Positions 52,756 through 64,000 of a DNA stretch of 64,000 nucleotides are shown one piece after another. Position 1 is the first letter of the stretch, and the number at the start of each line of letters is the position of its first letter. Source of the stretch: Octopus vulgaris (Eukaryota); the NCBI GenBank assembly GCA_951406725.2, contig OX597814.1, positions 58,094,001 through 58,158,000 on the forward strand. Direction: 5' to 3'. The notes beneath the pieces were generated by a model. The model did not search any database and was not told the origin of the DNA. It worked only from the letters and a program-made list of their open reading frames with translations. The translations under genes were made by a program, and so were the position numbers.

Positions 52756-53896
52756 ATTCGTCTAGTTGGGACTAGTAAATTATGTGACTCTCCCAGGTAA
52801 AATTATATTTGATTGATTTTATTACAAATTTACGCTACTAATTACGAAGTGTAATACAGATTTATATCAAATTATCAAATGGCCAACGACTGTGAATGCC
52901 TTACTGGAACTGTGGCCAGAGATATTATCGAGAGGATTTATCAACTTAAAATAATGATATCTCCATTACATTCTGTATAGGGAGAAAGCAGCATAAGCAC
53001 TGTAATACTGACACATGTTTCGTGTATGTCAAATGATAATTAGTTTAGCTTATTCTGTAGGCTAAGCAACTTAAGTACAACAAGACACGCAAGAAAAGCA
53101 TTGTTTTAGAGTGGATACGTAAATGAGTTAATACAATCATTCCGGAATTATGGTGGAACGGTAATGTATATTTTGGCGTTCTTACTGTAAACTCGAATAA
53201 ACATACTAACAGAAAGGCGAAGGTCATTGCTAGAATACTTTATACATGATTATGATTCTGTTGTAAGATACAATTTTACCTAAATTGAGGAAGAATTTCA
53301 CCGACGGATAAAACTCTGTACAATACACAAATGTATATAAATGTATATATATGTATATATATATATATTTATACACACATATATATATATATGTATATAT
53401 GTATATATATTTATAAACATACATTTTATATATATCTACATATACATATATACACACATACACACGCTAACATACACACACATGTATGTATAACGTTGCT
53501 ATTATGTTAAACTGTCGTAAGTTCAAATTTGGCGAAATGCGTTTTTTTCAGTAACTATTTTTGCTTGCTCTTTTGGTCAAGTTATTGATTCTCCAGCTGC
53601 TATGACATCAAATTATCAAAAATTGTCAAAATGTAATACAAGGGTTTTGCTACGGAATGGTGAAACTATTTTTTTCGTTTTCTGAGAAAGCAACGTTTTG
53701 AACTTACGACATTTTGCATAAAAGCAATGATATATATAAATATATATATATATATATATGGCTTTGCAAAAGCCCTGTTACACTCGGCTCTGGGCCTTTC
53801 AAACATAACTTAAAGTTATGACACACATACTTAAAGTTCTACTTTTCCACCATGTGCCATTAAAACAGCTTTTCCATTATGTGCAGGTGTATCGAA

Positions 53897-54490
53897 TGGA
53901 AGTGAAAGGAAACGAGATCTGTACTCTCTTGTGAGTGGGCCACGACAAGTCCGACATAGCCAAGCTGCTCAAAGTCAGCTGAATGACTGTCCACAGAGTG
54001 GCAGGGAGGCTCAAGGACAGGAAAGACCGCAAACATCGACGTCGATATAATAGACACTCAAGTTGTCAACCATTTGGCTGTGAGAAAGGCATTCAAAAGT
54101 GAGCCGAAGCTCAAAATAACTGCGCTCGCGAAGAACATCAGCATCTCGGTGACCACGGCATTCAAGACCGTCAAGGAGGAGAATGGCAAGAGCTTGAAGT
54201 GCGTGGATAGGCATCTGCTCACCGACCGTAAGCGCGACTAACGTCGGAAGCGCAGTCGTCGCCTTCTCAAAGACTTGAAATGTCATATTAATTGAATTCT
54301 TATTTTTTTTATGAAAATAAACGTTCAGGTTCGTCAACTAGCAAGACGACCGCGTGGTCAGCTTCGGCCATGACTTCTCTGAGTTCTTGTATGTGTGCAT
54401 GATGAAGCACCGGGCCTCCGTAATGAGTCTTGGCGTCGGACCTTCAAACGGCGAGAAAATGCCACTGGTGTGGTTCGCAGCTGCTTAGAG
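53897..54490 (+). pseudogene. Decayed DD37D/maT-type transposase
   Basis: MEVKGNEICTLL*VGHDKSDIAKLLKVS*MTVHRV (HTH) and KHRASVMSLGVGPSNGEKMPLVWF (compare KHPASVM..GVxxSxGxKMPP.WF). Confidence 0.75.
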
Positions 54491-54519
54491 GCTCAGCAAT
54501 GATGATTGATTTAAAAAAA

Positions 54520-55115
54520 AAGGACAAATGCATTGCGTTTGAGATGTATATCGCAAATATTGATTCGTTATTTTTCAATTTATGTGGAACCCTAATATCG
54601 AGCTTCTTAACTAGTCCAAACATGTTAAATGATTTTCACTTGTTGTGTGTGATACATTTAACCTCTCTACAATCTCTTGCTCAGACTCAATTATTGAATT
54701 GATTCGGTCATCATCAATTTCAGTAGTTCGACCAGAACGTTGATCATATTTTAATGAAAAATCTCCTGAACGGAATTTTTAAAAATCATTTCTGACATGT
54801 ACATTCTATTAAGCAATCAACACCATAAATTTCACTTATCTCTTTGTGATCTCAGCAGTATTCACAGCAGTATTCTTGTGTTTACGGAAATAAAAAAGCA
54901 AAATATGACGAAAATGTTCGTTTTTGCACTCCATGTTGAAATTGACACTGAACTAACAGCTGTAAACAAAATTATGCGGAATTTTCTTCTAAAATAATCT
55001 AAAAGTAACGGCTATCGAATGTGAAAACGAAAGAGTCATAACATTCACAAAAGTCATTCAAAAGAATCGTAAGTCTAACTATTTGCGAAAAACAGAATTA
55101 CTTTCTTGCAAACCT
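54520..55115 (-). mobile_element. Decayed mariner 5' half
   Basis: On -: MECKNEHFRHILL...FRSGDFSLKYDQRSGRTTEIDDDRI; TIR-like aggtttgcaagaaagtaattctgtttt at about 55088-55115. Confidence 0.7.
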
Positions 55116-56205
55116 TGATCGAGGATATTTGGTAGATCCTCGATCAAAGCTTAATAAAGTCGGTAAAAATCATGTAAGAATAATCACTCTAGTGACAGGA
55201 TACCTGTGTGCAGCTATTTTTAGTAAATTGATAATATTTAAGTTTTTGAGCGATTGGACGAAAATTTATGCTTTGGTTGGCCTACACTTTGTGTCTTTGC
55301 CTACATAACCTGTGTTTTTAAACGATGAAATGTTGAAATAACATGACAAGCAATCAAGTTAAATTTTAAATTATATTAGCATTAATGGAGTTTACAGGTA
55401 AGGAAATTTCTTCCTTTACTTATGTTAATGAATTGAGTTACAGAAATGAAGAATTTCTGTTGCATTTGGGCTAAAACACTTCAATGTCAAATATGCATTT
55501 TAATGCGTTGCTTGATGTTTAGATGTGTAAATAGAAAACATGTCACCTTGTAGGTGAGTATCGCCAATCCTTAAATAAAAGAATGATCAATAATCCAGAC
55601 AACACTACATGAACAATATCATTTGACATCTTTGTTTTTGATTTATATTACACGAAAACTTATCAAACATAGTTACATGATTGCCACTTGTTTGAAGTAC
55701 GACATAAAAAAGACCATTTCGATCGCCATGATAAATATAAATTTTGCGATGAAATGTATGGTAGCGATCCTCAACCGGAAAAATTGTATGATTGGCTAAC
55801 GTGAAGCGTGAAATATTTTTGTTGTGATTTACATATTATCACTATTATTTTATTATTGATTTGACTAAGATTCGTTCTTATTTCAGGTAGAATTTATGTA
55901 GGTAGCGGGTTACTTTCTGTAACAGTAGATATCAATAATCTTTTAAGTGCTTAAAACTCTCTTGATAATATTGCCTGTCCATAAAAAGCAAACTTTCTCC
56001 TGAAGCTCTTCTTGGCACTCAATTCCAATCTTCGCCAACCATTACTCTACAACTTTACATAAAGTTTCCAATGCACCAATTATTGAGAGACAAATTTTAC
56101 AGCTGTCATACTCCAAATTCTTGCAATTTCAAATTGTAAGGGATTATAATTTTAAAATATTCATTCTCTTCCTTTATATTATCATCATCATCATCATCAT
56201 CATCA

Positions 56206-56273
<68 letters not shown>

Positions 56274-56274
56274 A

Positions 56275-56356
56275 CTAGCAGAGATGCCCGGCGTTGCTCG
56301 GGATTAAAATAATATAGTTTGCATATGCATATACATATAGATATACATACATACAA

Positions 56357-56390
<34 letters not shown>

Positions 56391-56782
56391 CAGTTATGTT
56401 GAAACAGCTGATAAGGAAAAGTGCAGCATTGACGACAAAACATTTTGGGAGTAAATGATGTTCTAATTCGACGTATCATTTTTCCATCGACAGACTGTCG
56501 CTGATCACGAAAATTGGAAGATAGTCTATTTTAAACCCTTGAGCAAGATATAAATAGTAGCAATACGGAATCGTAACATATGATTGCCAACTAAATGTGG
56601 CGTCCTATGAAGAGACAGTGCTACTGATGTTTATAGACCCAGTAAGACATCTCTTTCAACTGGATAACGGCACAAATTCTGTGTCCGATTTGTATTTGCG
56701 AGGAGAGGTTATCGAACTCGGAATCTTGGCGCTAGTAGCTCGCGCTCTTAACCAAGATTCCGATTTTGATTCCAGGCAGTGG

Positions 56783-56866
<84 letters not shown>

Positions 56867-58358
56867 TAATAATAATAATAGCAATAACGTCGAAAAATAC
56901 CTTTGGAATAAGAACTCAGCTTCGAAATTTCCCCAAGACACCTGCTGAAGGCTGGAGAGTACATCAGCCGAAAAGTTGTGTAACAACAAACAAGATGAGG
57001 ACACATAGCTTTACAACATTTGCAATAATTATTAACAAGTAATAGAACAGTAAATGTGTATTTTTATATATACCTTAGACCTTGCCACCTCATTGTTTTT
57101 CTTTCCAAGAGTTAAACATCTAGCACCCACATACATACATTCAGGCATGTCAGCCACATATGTATATGTATGTGTAGATGCGTGTGTGTGTTTAATAACG
57201 TACGTAATGCGGAAACGCAAACACTCTCAGGAACATAAACTCATACACTCACAAACGGATATACATTCATATACAAAGTGTGACGTCGTCGTCGTGGTAT
57301 AAAATGTTTCTGAAATACACACACATACATATAATAACATAGCCACACAGAGGCATACATTCATGCATGTCAGTCGATACATATGTAAATATATATGAAG
57401 ATGTCTGTATAGTTAATAACGTACCTAACGCAGAAAGACACGCACATTATGAGACATATACACACTCATACACTTACACACATACACTCAAACACAGAAA
57501 CTCAGTCATATACAAAATGTGATGCCGTTGCCGTCGTTGAATAAAATGTCCTATTGACAATATAAAGATTTTTCTCTGACATATATTGTTTTAATCGAAA
57601 TGAAAATAAAATTCCGTATTGACACTGGCCAGTCCTCACATACATATAGTAAGATAGACACACACAGACATACATTGATGCATGTCAATCGTCAAGTATG
57701 TATATTTATGTGTAGATGAGATGTGTGTGATTAATAACGTACCGTTACATATGTATATGTATGTGTAGATGTGTGCATGTTTAATAACGTACCTAACACG
57801 GAAACACACAACCTAAGCGGCATATACTCACTCATACACTCACATACATACACTCTCAGACAGATAGACAGTCATATACGAAATGTCATGTCGTTGTCAT
57901 TATGGTATAAAATGACAATTGAAAGATTATCTCTATGAGGTGTTATGTTGTTTTAATCGAAATGAAAATATAATTTCGTATTTACACTGAACAGCCCTCA
58001 CATACATATAGTATGTTTAATTAGACATATACACGTTCATACACCTACACACATACAATCACTGACAGATATACAGTCACATACAAAATGTGACGTCGTC
58101 ATCATCCTCGTGGTTAGAATTAAAATTAAACGTATAAAAGTGAAAATATATATCACATTACAATATAGGTGTTATTCTTTCACTTTTGTCCTTTGACTTT
58201 TGACACGTAATACCGAGCCAGTTCCAGTGTTGCATTATTTTAAACCAAATGACAAAAAAATTACATGTTGACACTCGCAGGATCAGAACGTATTACCATA
58301 CAAAATTTAATTTGATTTGGTTGAGCCGTTTCAGAATGCATTGGGAATACAGACAGAG

Positions 58359-58360
<2 letters not shown>
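56275..58360 (-). mobile_element. Non-autonomous Helitron-like element with an internal tandem array
   Basis: The - strand 3' end has a hairpin (cccgagcaacgccggg, 56287-56302) then CTAG|T (56275-56278). The other end reads ttggttgagccgttt...acagacagaga next to (TA)n. Internal degenerate repeats at 57130-58110. Confidence 0.7.
56938..56981 (+). ncRNA. Degenerate minimal hammerhead motif
   Basis: ACAC CTGCTGA A GGCTG-gagagtacat-CAGCC GAAA AG TT GTGT; stems I and II pair, but the core has A6C. Confidence 0.5.
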
Positions 58361-58397
<37 letters not shown>

Positions 58398-58409
58398 CAT
58401 TATTGTTGC

Positions 58410-58485
<76 letters not shown>

Positions 58486-59250
58486 GTTGTTGTTGTTCTT
58501 GTTCTTGTTGGTAATGCTTTTTCGTAGCATATAGTATTCGAATTGCATTCATAAATACCAATATAATGTGTATCACATGTATGTAGGCATGTACGTATGT
58601 ATTTACGTATGTATGTATATATGTAAGTATTTACTCGAGGTTTCTCTGAGTTCTATCTAAGTTCATCTTAAGACAGTTCAAGCTGAAGAAAGTTGCCGGT
58701 GTTTGTAAATATTACGCCCAGTTGTGTTGGCTGCGCTGTCAAAGTACAACCCCCAAGTGTGTGCGTCTATTCATTTAAACTATCTGAGAGTTGAGAAACT
58801 TTGGGATGTCTTACAAATCTAAAATGTACCGCTAATAGATTTGGTTTGGGTAATCAGCGTCAATTTCTTTTCCTTTTTCGTTGCAAACGTCGTATAACTA
58901 CGTTTTTGTGTAACTTTCTTGGCTGGTACATAGCATAATGCACATATGACCTTGGGTACTAATGAGCATTTTATAGTCAGAGTAAAAAAAACTGTAATTT
59001 GTGCATTAAATCATCATAAATGTATGTATATATGTTTGTATGTATGTATATATGTATGTAAGCATGTATGTATGTATTTACGTATGTTTACAGGCAAGAA
59101 TGCATGCAAACATGCATGCATTTATGCATGTGTGTTATACACATATAGATATACTTATATATATATGCATAAACATATGTGTATATATATATATAAGTAT
59201 ATCTATCTATTGCTCTCTCTCTATATATATACACACACACACACATATAT

Positions 59251-59286
<36 letters not shown>

Positions 59287-59292
59287 GTATAT

Positions 59293-59326
<34 letters not shown>

Positions 59327-59969
59327 GATGTTAGAGAGAAAGGGATAGAGAGAGGAATTGGGGGACAGAGAGAACATACACTAATTAAAATGCCGATGTC
59401 AATATCAATACGGTAGCGTAAAAATGGCGCATTCTCGCTAATGTGTGTGTATATGTTTGTTTGTCTGTGTATGTATGTGTGTGTTTATCAGAAGGCTTAT
59501 TTTAATATGTGTATCCAAGAATGTGTATGTCTGTGCACTTGTGAACGGGTATTTGGTTGAGATCTGTGGGATGTGTGTGTGTGCTTGTTATTGCGTGTTC
59601 TTGTATGTATTTGTTTCGAGGCTGCCTGCGAATATTTGAATTCGTTTCTATGCGTAGGAAGGAAAAGAAATAAAATTACTTGATGCTATCTGTTCAGAGT
59701 GTATCGTTGTTATTTTGTGTACATATTTATCATGTGTTAACTGTGATAACTGCATGAGTAGATCAATGATATCAACTGACATCTATATGCGGGGAAAATA
59801 CTCCAACTTCTCACAAGTATTTGAAATCTGTTCATTGAGAAAGTCGATTGCTGCAACTGATCTTACATTTGTAATGACTTACTGTACGCTATCTCGGTTC
59901 TCTCTAAACTAGAATTTGTATATCTTCTATATCTAATCGTAATTTTTTTTATATTACTTTCTATTACAG

Positions 59970-59994
59970 TGTCGTACAGTATACAGATAAGAAA
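59970..59994 (+). other. Candidate 25-nt micro-exon
   Basis: Branch-like tctaat at about 59932, acceptor ttactttctattacag| and donor aaa|gtaatc; frame VVQYTDKK. Confidence 0.25.
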
Positions 59995-60778
59995 GTAATC
60001 GCGCAGAAATCGATATGCTATACCCCTTTTGGCTTAAGAGAAAACCTAAGATTCAATTGGAATCTATATATTATTGCTACGGAAATCAGCTTCATGTACA
60101 TACAGAAAAAATGCTATTTCCGAATGGTATATAATTATATGCACCCAGTGAATTTGATGTTTACAGTAAAAGACAGAAACTGGCAGATACTAAAAAGAAA
60201 ATAAGAGAAAGAGTGAGTGGGAGAAGGACAGAGGAGAAAGTGTTATTCCCCATCAAAATGCTACTGAATTTCGGAGAGAATTTATTCAAGTTCTAACTGG
60301 TAGAATAGAAAAGAGAAAGAAAAGAAAAAAAAACAAACCCAAATCCCAATCTATATAAGCAAGCGCATCTCATTACCAAACAGATGAAGTTACGAAGTTA
60401 CCATTTAATCAATAACATAGCAGGAGACAGCTTCGGCTAGAGCTCAAGTCTGTTGAACATTGTGAATATTTCAATAAAACTATGTCGTTCGAACAGAAGC
60501 GAAAGCTCTTTTGTTCATTAGATATACATAGATTATTACACCAGTTATTTAATTATCTGCTTCAAATACTATATAGGTGTTAACATTGTGCAAACAACGG
60601 ATGAAGTTCATTATTTTTGATAACAATAATATATATCATGGCAATACTCATATTTATATGTTTGTACATATGGTATGTATGATACACACACGCACACACA
60701 CTGATACAGACATATACATATATATATGACATACATATAACGTTATACATTTATATGATATCTATGTATCTATCTATC

Positions 60779-60824
<46 letters not shown>

Positions 60825-60829
60825 ATATT

Positions 60830-61208
60830 ACTACGGCACTCCGTCGGTTACGACGACGAGGTTTCCTGTTGATCCAATCAACGGAACAGCCAGCTCGTAA
60901 AATTAACGCGCAAGTGGTTAAGCACTCCACAGGCACGTGTATCCTTAACATAGTTCTCGGAGGGATTCAGCATAACACAGAGTGTGCCAAGGCTGGCCCT
61001 TTGAAATACAGGTACGACAGAAACAAGAAAAAAGGGTAAGAGAAAATTGTGGTGAAAGTGTACAAAATGGTTCGCCACCCAACCTGCCGGAGCCTCGTAG
61101 AACTTTATGTGTTTTCGCTCAATAAACACTCACAACGCCGGTCTGAGAATCGAAACCACTATCCTACGACAGCGAGTCGGCTGCCCTAACCACTGGGCGA
61201 TTGCGCCT

Positions 61209-61210
<2 letters not shown>
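60830..61210 (-). mobile_element. tRNA-derived SINE family 3
   Basis: The - strand head ggaggcgcaatcgcccagtggttagggcagccgactcgctgtcgtaggatagtggtttcgattctcagacc has A/B-box-like motifs; tail tcgtcgtaaccgacggagtgcc. Confidence 0.8.
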
Positions 61211-61279
<69 letters not shown>

Positions 61280-61313
61280 TAAATATATATATATATGTAC
61301 AAAAGCACACATA

Positions 61314-61344
<31 letters not shown>

Positions 61345-61384
61345 TATTATTATTATTATTACTATTATTATTATTATTATTATT

Positions 61385-61913
61385 GAGTGAGAGAGCAGTG
61401 CATGCCATCAAAGTGACACTGGGGTAAAATATACGAAGCCCAATATACCCATCATGACTACGATGATAAAGGTACACCAGGCACATGCATCACAACCATA
61501 TGTGCGCGACATGGTGATCTCATATCAAGATAAACAGCACATGACCTTGCAGGTGGGGCCCAGTTAGAATTTTCTTGAGGTTGAGTAGCCCATCCCGCTC
61601 AAAAGGTCCCTGAATAAGGGTTGTTTAAGGATGTTGAAAGAACCACCCATGTTTCCAGAGGTGAATTATTCAAACCCCAAAGAATCCCTCTCAACACATG
61701 GCTATGATGCTCCCCACTACTTCTGCTCGTGATCAGAGATGCACATATCGTCAGCCACTAAGGGACATGCTCAACTGGTTAAGGTCAAACAACTGACAAG
61801 CAAATCTGTAGTATTGAGCAGAATATTTGCTGTAGCCCATCTTTTATACCAAGACAAAACAATGTACATGATAACACTTCCAATCAGTTAAGATCAGAAG
61901 CCATGAGAGCCAC

Positions 61914-61914
<1 letters not shown>
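61385..61914 (-). mobile_element. ~530-bp non-coding element in (AAT)n, copy 3
   Basis: Reverse complement of copies 1 and 2; flanked on both sides by (TTA)n, which is (AAT)n on the element strand; lacks the first ~20 nt. Confidence 0.88.
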
Positions 61915-61991
<77 letters not shown>

Positions 61992-62184
61992 CAAGGGAGC
62001 GAGGTGGCAGAATCGTTAGCACACCGGGCATGATGCTTAGCGGCATTTAGTCAGTATTTACATCTTGGGTTCAGGGGTCGACATTGTCTTTCATGTATGT
62101 AAGTATCTATGCAGTTATGTATGTGTATATATCCTTTCATCATTATTTCGCAGAGAACCTAGAGAAACTTTATATCGAACCGCC

Positions 62185-62231
<47 letters not shown>

Positions 62232-63156
62232 GGAGAGAGAGACAGACAGACAGAAATAGAGAGAGAAAGAGAAAGAAAGAAAGGGATAGTTACATAGAGA
62301 TAGAGAGAGGGATTTTGATTTTGATTTTGATAACAATCGAGAATGAGCAGATATATAATTTTGCTTGCTAATAAGCCCAGGGCAAACATATATACATGCA
62401 TACACACACACACACACACACATTCGCCCACATGCATGTACGTGTCTGCGTATGTTTACGTGCGCGCGAGTGTATAATAAATATCACCTACTAAAATGTA
62501 AATAACACTAAGACATACAAAGCAACATTGTACATGCTAATTTGCAGCTTTAACTTAGGACTCTTTGTTGGATGTCTCTCAGAACTTTTAGTTTAATATG
62601 CAGTTAGCTCTTTTCAAAGATTCCTACATTGGACTGATACTTAATACAGCAATCGCGTGCATGTGTAATGTTGCCAACGTCATAACTTTGATAAATCTAG
62701 TATATATATGAATCGAAGAGCAACATTATTTACCAATGATTCGGAATATCAGAAAGAAGGCAAGCGTGACGACTCAACGCATTAAATTTAAAGAGCTTCT
62801 TCAAATAAAATGAGGGAAAATGTAGTTTGATCTTCTGTATTTGGAGCTATCTGTATTTTGTTCTTCCAGAATTTCATAATATGAAATGAATAAACAATAC
62901 TAAAACCGAAGGAATCAACTTTGGTATATCATCGCATAGGGAATAAACTGCAAGGTAGCTGTTTACATAGTTAATGTAAGTACGGGTAATTTAAATATTA
63001 ATGCTGCGAGCAGGATTTAATTATTCTAGAATAGAACTGTACCAAAGAAAGCTAATGGCTTCCAATCATGATTAACAAAATCTTGAAAAATCTTAACGTA
63101 CCTGATTCATAATAATAATAGGCAGGGGAAGGAGATAAAATACAACTCAATATATC

Positions 63157-63361
63157 GATTTCAAATTTTGGCACAAGGCCAGTAATTCGGAGAAGTAAGT
63201 CGATTACATCGACTCTAGTACTCAACTAGGACTTATTTTATCGAACACGAAAGTATAAAATGCAAAGTCTATCTCGGTGAGATTTGAACTCAGATGGTGA
63301 AGACGGACGAAATATCGCTAAGCATTTTGCCCGGTGTGCTAACGGTTCTGCAAGCTCACCG
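63157..63361 (-). mobile_element. SINE family 1 copy
   Basis: tttcaaattttggcacaaggccag...atttgaactcaga...gctaagcattttgcccggtgtgctaacggttctgcaagctcacc. Confidence 0.78.
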
Positions 63362-63670
63362 TTACACTATATCTTAATATATCAACGCATAAATAATGCA
63401 ATGCAGAATTTCAATAGAATTTGAATTTATAGTGTAAGAAACAAGACATGACTAAAAGTAACACGTTATTTAATTCACTTGTCTAGTGTTGTAGGGTGGA
63501 TTGTCATATACTTTAGTGTGTCGAGTAAAATGCCTTGAGATATTTATTCCAATTTATTCCAGCTCGTTGCATTGTGAAATCAAATACCGTTTTAATCAAT
63601 TTTATCTTTCGCCCTCCAAGACTTGTAAAATATACTGAATACCAAGAACTGTGACTCAGTTAACTGACAT

Positions 63671-63720
<50 letters not shown>

Positions 63721-64000
63721 ACACACGTAAACCAACAGTATCAAAAGTATAACACTAAAATAAAATCTTAATACATTACCTAAACGCTTTACAATCCCAA
63801 AGAACGTTGATGTCTTAAAATGCAAAGCAATTTTGACTACAGTAGGATCTGAAATCAGAATGTACAGAGTCGTCCCTCAATAAAGTACTTCATAAATACA
63901 ATGTTACTTCATAGCTGGCTTTAAAGATTTGAAAATACTGCTATTCAAATATTTGCACTGACACTTACTAAATTTAAAACATTTGAATTTCAATTTTCTG

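Noticed and set aside
55523-55901. Additional splice-like signals (tag|gtgagt near 55552; ttcag| near 55886)
   Set aside because: They do not fit the frame of the proposed micro-exon chain, and such motifs arise often by chance.
61135-61210. Possible tRNA gene
   Set aside because: It is the tRNA-like head of a SINE continuing into a SINE body; I cannot build a convincing cloverleaf.

Overview
AT-rich, microsatellite-dense animal DNA, most likely an octopus (cephalopod) intronic or intergenic region; the taxon is inferred from recalled repeat families, not from a search. No multi-hundred-codon host gene is visible, and most listed ORFs are translations of (TA)n, (AAT)n, (TATC)n and (CA)n. The window is a transposon landscape. 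It holds a full-length IR/DR Tc1 element whose ORF is open but lacks its second catalytic Asp, several decayed mariner and DD37D elements, a Tx1/L1-type LINE inside (TATC)n and a 5'-truncated CR1/L2-group LINE inside (TA)n. It also holds Penelope-like elements with inverted pseudo-LTRs, a same-strand pile of R4/Dong (RLE) retrotransposon 3' ends in (TAA)n, many tRNA-derived SINEs and a non-autonomous Helitron. The most interesting signals are: (1) minimal hammerhead-ribozyme motifs, including a Penelope pair whose core reads AUGAUUA, an apparent compensatory A3-U8 swap of the C3-G8 pair; (2) a ~530-bp non-coding element always embedded in (AAT)n with fixed polarity, a candidate Dong-parasitic target-specific element; (3) a composite of a tRNA-like head and a hammerhead; (4) a speculative chain of + strand micro-exons. 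All alignments and folds were done by eye.
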